A stretch of DNA of 64,000 nucleotides, from the NCBI GenBank assembly GCA_015491905.1, contig WGGC01000066.1, positions 3,833 to 67,832 of the forward strand, in the 5' to 3' direction. Source of the DNA: Bacteroidales bacterium (GTDB lineage: Bacteria; Bacteroidota; Bacteroidia; Bacteroidales; F082). This document shows, in pieces, positions 8,244 through 16,543 of the stretch (its first letter is position 1; each line of letters starts with the position of its first letter). The notes below the pieces were generated by a model. The model did not search any database. It saw nothing but the letters and a program-made list of their open reading frames with translations, and had not been told where the DNA came from. The translations under genes and the position numbers were made by a program.

Positions 8244-8540
8244 ATGAAAAAGTTAATTATTATTATTGCAATTGCAGCTTTGACAAGTTGTGTAATGCCG
8301 TCCAGGATGGCAAAAATTCAAATGGGATGGGATAAACAGCAAGTAGAACATCTGATGGGTAAACCTGTTGAGGTAAGCGCACAGGGACATATTACAGCGT
8401 TTAGATACCTAATGTTTGATGAATATTACTATGTTACATTCTACGATAATAAAGTAGCAAGTTTTGGAAAATTAGGCGACTTCAACTCAACAAAGAACCC
8501 AACTCTTGATTTAAATGTTACAACTAAAAAGAGGAAATAA
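8244..8540 (+). CDS. Small lipoprotein, SmpA/BamE-like fold
   Basis: Signal peptide MKKLIIIIAIAALTS-C with lipobox; IQMGWDKQQVEHLMGKP fits the 'l..Gmtk.qV..llG.P' motif. Confidence 0.7.
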   Translation: MKKLIIIIAIAALTSCVMPSRMAKIQMGWDKQQVEHLMGKPVEVSAQGHITAFRYLMFDEYYYVTFYDNKVASFGKLGDFNSTKNPTLDLNVTTKKRK

Positions 8541-8657
8541 CCACTCATCATCTGATGATTACATAATTTTATAACAAAAACGCTAAATAATTGAACACAA
8601 AAGGAAACTGATTACCCAATAATCCATCTAATAATTACTTTCTTGCACAAAAAAGTT

Positions 8658-9209
8658 ATGGGATTAGTAGATGGACTTATCGGATCGGGATTGTCAATTT
8701 TTGGAATGGCAAAAGGTGCAAAAGCCGGGAGGCAATTACAAAACGCTCAAGAAGGAGTTTTAGGCAGACAAAATAGTCTTGCGGATTGGTATAACAATCA
8801 GTCGAACAAAAGCTTTTTTGATACACAAGCAGCTCAATCAGGGTTAGCACGCATCAGAGACCAATACAAAAACTCTCTCGATCACATTAACAGCAACGGT
8901 GTTCAGGGCGGGGCTACAACGGAAGCTAAAGTAGCAGCTAAAAGTTCTTTGCAGGATTCTTATAACAAGTCTCTAAGCAACTTAGTCGGTTACGGAACAC
9001 AGTATCAGAATAACATGAAAAGAGCTTATGGAGGCACACTGCAAGGGATGTATCAGGGTAACAACGCTACTTACATGCCAGCTATTCGCTCGTGGGGGAA
9101 TCTTGCTAACAAAGGAGCAGATATAGCCCAGAAAGGGTTTGCATCAATGGAACTACCTACAGGAAAAGATGCTGGTTCTCTTGCGTCTATTCTTAAATTT
9201 TTATTTTAA
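8658..9209 (+). CDS. Gly/Ala/Gln/Asn-rich protein resembling phage virion ejection/DNA-pilot proteins
   Basis: N-terminus MGLVDGLIGSGLSIFGMAKGAKAG, then polar helical segment with WY and GGATTEAKVAAK. ORF track starts at TTG 8643; ATG 8658 is preferred. Functional call is by resemblance only. Confidence 0.55.
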   Translation: MGLVDGLIGSGLSIFGMAKGAKAGRQLQNAQEGVLGRQNSLADWYNNQSNKSFFDTQAAQSGLARIRDQYKNSLDHINSNGVQGGATTEAKVAAKSSLQDSYNKSLSNLVGYGTQYQNNMKRAYGGTLQGMYQGNNATYMPAIRSWGNLANKGADIAQKGFASMELPTGKDAGSLASILKFLF

Positions 9210-9305
9210 AAAACAATAAATACAATCTTAAAAGCTTTATATAAATAGGCAACTGTTTACTTGTAAAAAGGTCAGTCCAAAAATGGACTCATCTTTGCCC
9301 CAACC

Positions 9306-9551
9306 TCAAATAGGACGGCTCGAAAATGAGCTTTCCTGTTCAGCAGCAGAAAGTAACTCTATCAAGTCCGTATAAGTTGTGAAAACGTCACCAGTATTTG
9401 TCCTTTGGGGTTTTAAGTCGAGGAAAGCCCTGAACATATCTGTTAAATTTTCTTTGTGCCATGACATGTTTGCCTGGTCTTTCATTTCTTCAATCAATGA
9501 AATAACCTTTTCTTTACTACTGTTTTCCGTTTGTTTTTTTGCTTGTTCCAT
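9306..9551 (-). CDS. Small hypothetical protein (81 aa) downstream of the integrase
   Basis: Clean ORF co-oriented with int; predicted helical. Confidence 0.55.
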   Translation of the reverse strand: MEQAKKQTENSSKEKVISLIEEMKDQANMSWHKENLTDMFRAFLDLKPQRTNTGDVFTTYTDLIELLSAAEQESSFSSRPI

Positions 9552-9605
9552 GATAATAAATTTAAAGTGAAATAAAAGGAAATATTACTGTTATAATTAC
9601 TAATA

Positions 9606-10883
9606 TTATTTTGCAACTTTCAAATGGCTCCCGTTGTTCAGCCACATATCCCGCATCTTTTCAGCGTGTTCCTGCGGGGTTACTTTGATATATTTCAAAA
9701 ATGCGCTTTCCGTACGGTGTCCTGTTACGGCCATTATTGTAATTGAGGGGATGCCGGCCTTGTACATGTTGGTAGCAAAAGAACGCCGGGCGGTGTGGGT
9801 GCTAATCATTTGCCATTTGGGTTTTATAGTGGTTTCCAGTTTGCCTCCTCGTGTAAATTGTTTAGTGATTGCCTCTTTAAAGTCGGTCATCCGTGCAACC
9901 TCTTTCAAATATTCGTTGAATTTTTGGTTTGAAATAGGCCGGGGTAAATTGCCCTCGTATTTGTTCAGGATATTTTCAACTGGGGGATGTATAGGTATAA
10001 CAACCGGTTTGTTTGTCTTTTGTTGTTTTAGGGTGATAAATCCGTTTTCTATATTTTCCGGCCTTACTTTATGCCAGTCTGAAAATCTTAATCCAGTCCA
10101 GCAGCCGATTAAAAATAAGTCCCGTACCCGGTCAAGTTTTGGTTTATTTGACAAGTCCAAATTTTGGATTTTATCCAGTTCCGAAAGTGACAAATAAATA
10201 TTGTCTGTTTCCTCTGCAATAGCCTTAAAACGTTTACTTTTAAAAGCCAGGTTTGTATTTATACCCCTATCAGTGGCTTGGTTCAAAACAATTTTAAGGA
10301 AACGTATTTTTTTACCAATAGTATTTTGTGCTAAATTCCTGCTTTTCAAATATTTGATAAAGTCATTATAAAAATCCAGGTCAATATCTTTAAAATCAAT
10401 TTTCTTACCTCTGCTTTTGGCGTATTCTTTCAGGTAACCAAACGTTACATGAAATTCACGTTTTGACTGATAAGATATTTGCTTATCTGTCTTTTGGTTT
10501 ATCCGGTGGTCAAGGTTGTCTATTACAGACTGGAAAAACTCAAAAAGGGTCATTTTCTTTTCCTTGTATTTATCAGGAAAACGATATTTATCAATGACTG
10601 TATTTAACCATTCGGACGTCGGGGGTTCTTTCAGGGCTTTGTATGCCCCTATTATGGTGGCCTCTAACTTGTCAAGGTACTGTTTATCCTTGTCCTTATC
10701 GACGTATCTGGCCTGCTTATTTATAGTGTGGGTTTCGTTGCTGAAATGTCCCGGCAATACTTCAAGGCCTGATTTTGCATAAAGGTTGATTTTCTTTCCG
10801 TGATAAAATCTTACCCTTACATTAATTTTTTTTGTCGGGTCGGTCTTCTTTGATGTCCTGATGTAAAAATAGACTGTCGCCAT
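9606..10883 (-). CDS. Tyrosine recombinase/integrase (Bacteroidetes type with arm-binding and SAM-like domains)
   Basis: Catalytic set intact: GLRFSD (R), QKT (K), HTARR (HxxR), GHR (H), FLKYI (Y). Confidence 0.96.
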   Translation of the reverse strand: MATVYFYIRTSKKTDPTKKINVRVRFYHGKKINLYAKSGLEVLPGHFSNETHTINKQARYVDKDKDKQYLDKLEATIIGAYKALKEPPTSEWLNTVIDKYRFPDKYKEKKMTLFEFFQSVIDNLDHRINQKTDKQISYQSKREFHVTFGYLKEYAKSRGKKIDFKDIDLDFYNDFIKYLKSRNLAQNTIGKKIRFLKIVLNQATDRGINTNLAFKSKRFKAIAEETDNIYLSLSELDKIQNLDLSNKPKLDRVRDLFLIGCWTGLRFSDWHKVRPENIENGFITLKQQKTNKPVVIPIHPPVENILNKYEGNLPRPISNQKFNEYLKEVARMTDFKEAITKQFTRGGKLETTIKPKWQMISTHTARRSFATNMYKAGIPSITIMAVTGHRTESAFLKYIKVTPQEHAEKMRDMWLNNGSHLKVAK

Positions 10884-10907
10884 TGAGATTTAATTTAAAG
10901 TCCATTG

Positions 10908-10915
10908 CAAAGTTA
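10908..10915 (-). promoter_or_regulatory. -7 element TAACTTTG of the integrase promoter
   Basis: Reverse complement of CAAAGTTA, 24 nt upstream of the int ATG; its -33 region falls on the arm repeats. Confidence 0.55.
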
Positions 10916-10928
10916 TTAAATATTTTCA

Positions 10929-10952
10929 TTGCACCGACCATTGCACCGACTT
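10929..10952 (+). repeat. Tandem arm-type sites TTGCACCGAC-ca-TTGCACCGAC-tt near attR
   Basis: Near-identical to 3941-3964. Confidence 0.8.
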
Positions 10953-11088
10953 TTATTTAATTTCGTTTAATCTTTTGATACTTAATTAACCTTTTATTTA
11001 TTTTTAACATTGCTGTTAATAACTGATTAACTGCACTTTTATACCTATTTTCAGCACATTACATATCTCGTGAAATTAATAGGGTTAT

Positions 11089-11107
11089 AGTCCTGGTGAG
11101 GCTACAA
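11089..11107 (+). repeat. attR core (duplicate of the tRNA-Arg 3' end)
   Basis: Identical to 3867-3885. Confidence 0.93.
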
Positions 11108-11312
11108 CTTAAAAATATAAAGTAGTGTATTACAATTATTTATAGTACACTGCTATTTATATTGTAACCACCAATGTAACCACCACCTTAATTATTCCCT
11201 GAATATTGCTGTATTTTTACCGTGGTGGGTTAAATGGAATTTAGTTCTTTTGTCATGCCTTGTGATTAAGGCAAAAGTTCAGGGATAACCTTTCAGGATT
11301 GACCTTTTTGTT
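11108..11312 (+). mobile_element. Left end of a second, decayed sister element
   Basis: Same layout and spacing as 3886-4091: tandem TGTAACCACCA repeats (11163-11173, 11175-11185), ATTATTCCC, and the 64-bp module at offset 160 versus 161 bp from att. Confidence 0.75.
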
Positions 11313-11437
11313 TTTAAAAGAAACTATTCATAAAATGGTGAATATTTTTTTAAATATTTCTTGAATTAATCTAACAATTTTCTTTTTTTTAGAAGATGAT
11401 AGTTAAGATTATTGGGAGTTCTTTTCAATATCATAAG

Positions 11438-11579
11438 TTTTCTTTTATAACAAATAATAATAAACAAAACTACCATAACTTCCAATTGTGTATGCTGTTA
11501 CAAATATGTAGCCTTATTTAGTGAAAAAATTTATAGCATCTGTCATACCATTAAAAACTACTGGTTTATTTTTATCATC
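11438..11579 (-). pseudogene. Fragment of a small Bacteroidetes hypothetical protein with two in-frame stops
   Basis: Hand translation DDKNKPVVFNGMTDAINFFTK*GYIFVTAYTIGSYGSFVYYYLL*KK resembles a recalled family pattern (D..gk...FnsM.DAlNy....GW.fv.AY.......vYhyLlkK). Confidence 0.45.
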
Positions 11580-11870
11580 TATAATAATAAATTAATGTTA
11601 ACCGATATAATTATGGACTAGGGTAAATCGAAAAATATCTAAAATCAAAAGTCGAATAATTTGTATAATTGTAATCTGTTCTAGACTTAATAATTGGGGG
11701 TTGGGGCACAGTATACGAAAAAAATGAATCATAATATTTACTTGAAAAAATAATTGTATTTTTACTCATAATCTGTATTTTCCTACAATTCATAATAAAG
11801 TAAAACTTATGATTGGATATCATTAAAATAAATCGGGATTGCCTGAAATGAAGATTAAGCTGGCAAAAAT

Positions 11871-13937
11871 ATGAAAAAACACTATCCCTCAATATTATTT
11901 ATACTCTTACTTCTCATCGTATCATTTTATTATGGTTATAACGAGATAATATTTAAACGGCCACAGTCGATACATAAGTGGAGACAATCAGATTGTGCTT
12001 CTATTGCATTAAATTACTATCAGGATGGAATGAAGTTTTTTGAACCCGAAACCCATAACCTTACTTCAGATGGCGGAACCAGTGGGAAAGGTTGTACCAG
12101 TGAGATTCCAATCTTGTATTATAGTATAGCATCATTATATATGTTTTTTGGATATCATGAATATATATACCGGATGTTTAATACGCTTCTCTTCTTCCTT
12201 GGCCTTTTTTATCTCTTTCGTCTTATGCGTTTTATGCTTAAAGATGTTTTTTGGGCAATTACACTGACTCTCTTATTTTTCACTTCTCCGGTTCTGGTAT
12301 ATTATGGAAATAATTACCTGTCGAATTCGTCCTCGTTAGCTTTTTCAATTATCGGGTGGTATTATTTTATTCGTTTCTATTTCGAAAGAAAACCAAAATG
12401 GTTTTATGTTTCTATGTTTGTTTTTTTGATTGCTGCCGCTCTTAAAGTAACGGCTCTTTTTAGTCTTTTTGCAATTACCGGCATTTACGTGCTGGAATTA
12501 TTAGGTTTAAAGAAATTCAAGACAAAAGGAAAAATATTTAACCAGCCTGTCCGTCAAGTAGTATCTATTTTTTCAATATTTGTTATTATCAGCCTCTGGT
12601 TATTTTATGCACATAATTTTAATCAAAAACATGACTGTACTTATTTTTCCACAACAATATTTCCAATATGGAGCTTAAGCAGTACTGAAATTAACGTAGT
12701 TGCAGACAATATTAATAAGATATGGATAGATGAGTATTTCCATAAATCGGTACTGTTTTTTTTGATAATTTGTTTAGTATTTATTGTTGCGTTTTTTAGA
12801 AAAAATAATAAGCTGCTTATCTTTAGTATCCTTTTTATTTTTGTTGAGGTTATTTTGTATATCATCCTTCAGTTCTGGACATTCGCTGACCATGATTACT
12901 ATGTTATAGGAATTTATATTCTACCAGTCCTGATTGTTGTTACTGCTTTTGATGTATTAAAAAGGCATTTCAATAAAATATTTAATTCCAAAATATTTAA
13001 GATTGGATTTTTTATTTTTCTGCTTTTCAATATTTATTATGCTCATCATAAAATTAAAGATCGTTATAAAGGATGGATGAACGATTATCAGCAAAATATA
13101 GACGTCTATTCTATTACTCCTTATCTACGTCAAACAGGTATTTTGCCAGGCGATACTGTTATTTCCATCCCCGACTGGAGTAATGCCTCACTATATCTGA
13201 TGAATCAAAAAGGATGGACAGAATATACAGACGAGAGATTCAATAGGGGAGCGCCAATACGCTATAATCAGGACAGTATTGGAATTCAACATTCCATTGA
13301 TAAGGGAGCCCGGTATTTAATTGTCAACGGAATAAAAGAATTATACAACAAGCCATACTTACAAAGTTATTGTACAAACCTGATAGGGCATTATAATAAT
13401 GTTCTGATTTTTAATCTTAAAAACAATGTGAGAAACTTTAGTCTTATAAATCGTAAAATTAATGCAATTTATACTTGTGATGCTGAATCGATAAGCAATG
13501 ATAAGCGGTTTTTCATTAGCAAAATAAATGGTGCTTTATTTCAGAATGGCAAAACCCGAAGTAATATATTTGCTCACAGTGGAAGATATTCATCTAAACT
13601 TGATGCGGATTCTCCATATGGAATGACAATTAAAATGAAGAACTTGAAAGTTGGAGAAAGTTTTGATATTACTGTCTGGCGAAAAGTAACCGGCAGGGCG
13701 AAAGGTGGGTTAATAGCATCAAGTTCGCCAAAACAATATTACAATAGCAACTATAAGGTTCTTGACACAGATTTAGGTGGGTGGGAAAAGATAGAAATGC
13801 AATTATTTATTTCTTCTAAACTGGCGAACCAGGAGTTAGTAATTTATGTATATAATCCTGATAAACAGCCGGTATATTTTGATGATTTAGAAATTATCAG
13901 ATATAAAAGTGTTTTTAATAGGTTTACAGGTGACTGA
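11871..13937 (+). CDS. GT-C fold (ArnT/PMT-like, GT39) polytopic glycosyltransferase with C-terminal carbohydrate-binding-like domain
   Basis: HKWRQSDCASIA loop motif, EIPILYY, many TM segments; C-terminal AHSGRYSSKL...VYFDDLEI CBM-like domain. Confidence 0.7.
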   Translation: MKKHYPSILFILLLLIVSFYYGYNEIIFKRPQSIHKWRQSDCASIALNYYQDGMKFFEPETHNLTSDGGTSGKGCTSEIPILYYSIASLYMFFGYHEYIYRMFNTLLFFLGLFYLFRLMRFMLKDVFWAITLTLLFFTSPVLVYYGNNYLSNSSSLAFSIIGWYYFIRFYFERKPKWFYVSMFVFLIAAALKVTALFSLFAITGIYVLELLGLKKFKTKGKIFNQPVRQVVSIFSIFVIISLWLFYAHNFNQKHDCTYFSTTIFPIWSLSSTEINVVADNINKIWIDEYFHKSVLFFLIICLVFIVAFFRKNNKLLIFSILFIFVEVILYIILQFWTFADHDYYVIGIYILPVLIVVTAFDVLKRHFNKIFNSKIFKIGFFIFLLFNIYYAHHKIKDRYKGWMNDYQQNIDVYSITPYLRQTGILPGDTVISIPDWSNASLYLMNQKGWTEYTDERFNRGAPIRYNQDSIGIQHSIDKGARYLIVNGIKELYNKPYLQSYCTNLIGHYNNVLIFNLKNNVRNFSLINRKINAIYTCDAESISNDKRFFISKINGALFQNGKTRSNIFAHSGRYSSKLDADSPYGMTIKMKNLKVGESFDITVWRKVTGRAKGGLIASSSPKQYYNSNYKVLDTDLGGWEKIEMQLFISSKLANQELVIYVYNPDKQPVYFDDLEIIRYKSVFNRFTGD

Positions 13938-14129
13938 TAACCATTTTAGATCCGATAAACACAGCAAATATTTTTAAAAAAAAGCCGATGGCTCCTGCCC
14001 TCATTGCCTACTATAAAAAAAAGTTCAGATAATTTTTCCCGGAAAGGGAACCAACGGTTAAGTTAAAATAGTATTTATTACTGGATCATATTGATTATTA
14101 TATAAGGGTTTGAATATAAAATATCTTGG

Positions 14130-15296
14130 TTAAGATCTTCTTTTAATTTGATATAAACGGGTGGTAAGCAACAGTGCGCTAAATCCCAGGATTAGCAATA
14201 AATGTTGAAATTGTGGTACTACACTTTGCCAGGTTCCGCCCATCAAAAATAGCCGCCGCATAGCTTCGAGCATGGGCGTAGTTGGAATTAAAGCTGCAAG
14301 CCATTGTAAAACAACAGGCATCGAAGAAATGGGCCAGGAATATCCCGACAACAGAAAAAGCGGATAAGTTGAAAAGGCAAGAATTTCAAGGGCATGTGTT
14401 TGTTTCTTGATGAAAGAGCCAATAAGCATGGAATACATAGCGGTGGTGATAATAAACAGCAAGCCGATGATAAAAATGGGGACCATTGATGAGGCTACAG
14501 GAAGTTGAAATACGGGAAAAATGACCCGTGAAAAAAAATAGAGATAAGTAAAGTACAATAAGATGTAATAGGCTGGTTTCCCAACCATATATTGGATAAC
14601 GCCATATTGTGTAGCTTGTAGCGTCGGTGCCAGCAGCCCGTTTTGGCGATCTTTGCTAATGCTCTCGGCCATACCCAGCACCAGTGTTTGTTGCAGAATT
14701 ATAAAAAACAGGGCGGGCAGTAAAAAGTCACCATAATTATTGGTAGGATTGTAAATAGGTTTTATATTGGGTCTTATGGGGTTTGCTAATCTTGCCGCCA
14801 TCTTTGAATTAGTTCCGTCGGCATAAAAATGTTGGAGGCGTATATGTGTTCCGGCCTCCAGAAATACTCTGTTCACCGCCATGTTCAGCGTATTGGAAGT
14901 CAGAAAACGGGTTGTGTTTAAAAGCAGATTGACGTCTGCCTCTTTTTTTTTCAAGATGTTCTTTGCGAGACCTTTGGGGAATACTATGAAACCCTGGATA
15001 TTTAAATCTTGTAATTCACTTACCGCTTCATCTTTATCTTGAAGTATTTTTATGATCTTAATTTTAGGACTGGCCGATAGTTGTCGAATAAGCTCACGGC
15101 TGACATTTGAATGATCGTAATCAACGATGCCAAAAGGGATTTTGTTAATGTCTTTATTCAGGTAAATAGAACCCAAAAAGAAAGCATAAAGTATTGGGGC
15201 TGCAATTACAGTAATAAAAATACTGTGGTCATTGATAACCCTTTTCAGTTCGTTTATGAATATTTGAATGATATTGTTTAACGCTTTCATTTTCAA
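14130..15296 (-). CDS. ABC-2 type permease (YbhR/YbhS-like)
   Basis: IPFGIVDYDHSNVSRELIR, YNPTNNYGDFLLP, FLLSGYSWP. Confidence 0.88.
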   Translation of the reverse strand: MKMKALNNIIQIFINELKRVINDHSIFITVIAAPILYAFFLGSIYLNKDINKIPFGIVDYDHSNVSRELIRQLSASPKIKIIKILQDKDEAVSELQDLNIQGFIVFPKGLAKNILKKKEADVNLLLNTTRFLTSNTLNMAVNRVFLEAGTHIRLQHFYADGTNSKMAARLANPIRPNIKPIYNPTNNYGDFLLPALFFIILQQTLVLGMAESISKDRQNGLLAPTLQATQYGVIQYMVGKPAYYILLYFTYLYFFSRVIFPVFQLPVASSMVPIFIIGLLFIITTAMYSMLIGSFIKKQTHALEILAFSTYPLFLLSGYSWPISSMPVVLQWLAALIPTTPMLEAMRRLFLMGGTWQSVVPQFQHLLLILGFSALLLTTRLYQIKRRS

Positions 15297-16477
15297 GCTT
15301 CTTTTAAAATGAGATTTGATTTTGATTTTTCATCCATTCTTAATTTCATGGCAACATATGTGGTAAGAAAGCCAACAAGAGTGAAAATACCGAGAATGAG
15401 AAATTCTTTTTCCACACTTGCCAAAGGAGTTCCTATTTGATAAAGTTTGAAAAAAGCATGCAGGAAATGGGTGTAGGGAATAAACTGTGCCCAAAGTTGA
15501 TCAAAGAAAGGCATTCCCATTACAGGAAAAGTAAATCCACTAAAGATAAAAGCCGGAGAATTGTAAAACAGGGCCAGGTCGAGTGCAACAATTTCTTCCT
15601 TTACAACTGCCGAAAGGGCCATGCCTAATGTGGCATTTGCCAGTACAAACATAAAAAAAAGCAAGAGCGTTTCACCGATTTTATCTTGATAAGGAATTCC
15701 GAAAAGGTTGAAAAGGATGCTGATAAAGAAAACAATCGTCATCCCGATTCCTGTATAAACCAATAGTTTACCAAAGATAATATTCAAAACATTGTGCTTT
15801 GAGGTTTCTTGTAAATCATCCTGCCTGTTGTTCTTATATTCTTTATTCAAGGAGCGTGTCCCCATGAAAAAAACAATCATTTGAAGTAAAACAGTGAGTA
15901 ATCCCGGCACGAGATAATACAAATAGTTGTACTCTGGATTAAATAAAGAATGTGTTTTTACCGCTATAGGTAGTGCCAGTCGTCGTGCCTGATAAGGCGT
16001 TAACCCTTGTGCTACAAGTTTTTTAACTAAAACACCACCTGAAACTGTTTCAATCAGGTGAAAAGCATTTCGCTTTAAGATCTTTCCGTAAATGATGTTT
16101 GTTGAATTTGTCAATACGCTTATTTCGGTGTTTTTTCCTTTAAAAACATCTTTTTCAAGTGCCGGTGGTATGCAGTATACAGCCTTTTCGGGATAGTGTA
16201 GAAAGTAATTTTTCAGTTGTGCTTCCGAATGTAAATAACGTGTTACTTTCGTGTCGGGCGAGGCGTTGATAAAGTTGATAATGGTTCGGGAAAGTTTGGA
16301 ATGATCCTGATCCAATACCGCCACCGGAATTTTGCGTAATGCTCCGGCAGAATAAATGCCAGCCAAAAGCGTGAATACAATCAGCGGAACCCACAACACA
16401 ACCACTCTCGAATTACGGCTACTAACCATCATGTGCCATTCACGTTTTGCCACATTAAAAATTGCAGATATTTTCAT
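15293..16477 (-). CDS. ABC-2 type permease (YbhR/YbhS-like)
   Basis: IPVAVLDQDHSKLSR, FNPEYNYLYYLVPG, FIFSGFTFP. Confidence 0.88.
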   Translation of the reverse strand: MKISAIFNVAKREWHMMVSSRNSRVVVLWVPLIVFTLLAGIYSAGALRKIPVAVLDQDHSKLSRTIINFINASPDTKVTRYLHSEAQLKNYFLHYPEKAVYCIPPALEKDVFKGKNTEISVLTNSTNIIYGKILKRNAFHLIETVSGGVLVKKLVAQGLTPYQARRLALPIAVKTHSLFNPEYNYLYYLVPGLLTVLLQMIVFFMGTRSLNKEYKNNRQDDLQETSKHNVLNIIFGKLLVYTGIGMTIVFFISILFNLFGIPYQDKIGETLLLFFMFVLANATLGMALSAVVKEEIVALDLALFYNSPAFIFSGFTFPVMGMPFFDQLWAQFIPYTHFLHAFFKLYQIGTPLASVEKEFLILGIFTLVGFLTTYVAMKLRMDEKSKSNLILKEA

Positions 16478-16543
16478 TTATTTTATTTGTTTAAGATATT
16501 ACAACCCACCTGATCAAGGATATTTCAGCCTCTACCTTAACAA

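Larger units (their letters stand above)
3867..11107. mobile_element. tRNA-Arg-integrated ~7.2 kb integrase/helicase element (phage-satellite/PICI-like)
   Basis: Perfect 19-bp direct repeat AGTCCTGGTGAGGCTACAA at 3867-3885 and 11089-11107. It encloses a tyrosine integrase, Xis-like HTH genes, an SF3 helicase and a TOPRIM-like gene. Tandem arm repeats lie inside both ends. Confidence 0.93.

Noticed and set aside
8124-9600. ATAATTAC/GTAATTAT 8-mer recurring in several element spacers as an operator
   Set aside because: Too AT-rich and short to distinguish from chance without statistics.
3867-11107. Element as a prophage or an NBU-like mobilizable transposon
   Set aside because: No capsid, portal, terminase, tail or lysis genes, and no relaxase motifs recognisable in any ORF.
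11438-11579. In-frame TAA codons as stop-codon reassignment
   Set aside because: TAA terminates most intact genes in the window; simple pseudogenisation explains it.
11611-11892. 93-aa minus-strand ORF
   Set aside because: Overlaps the start of the GT gene on the other strand and has no recognisable motif; at most part of the decayed pseudogene.
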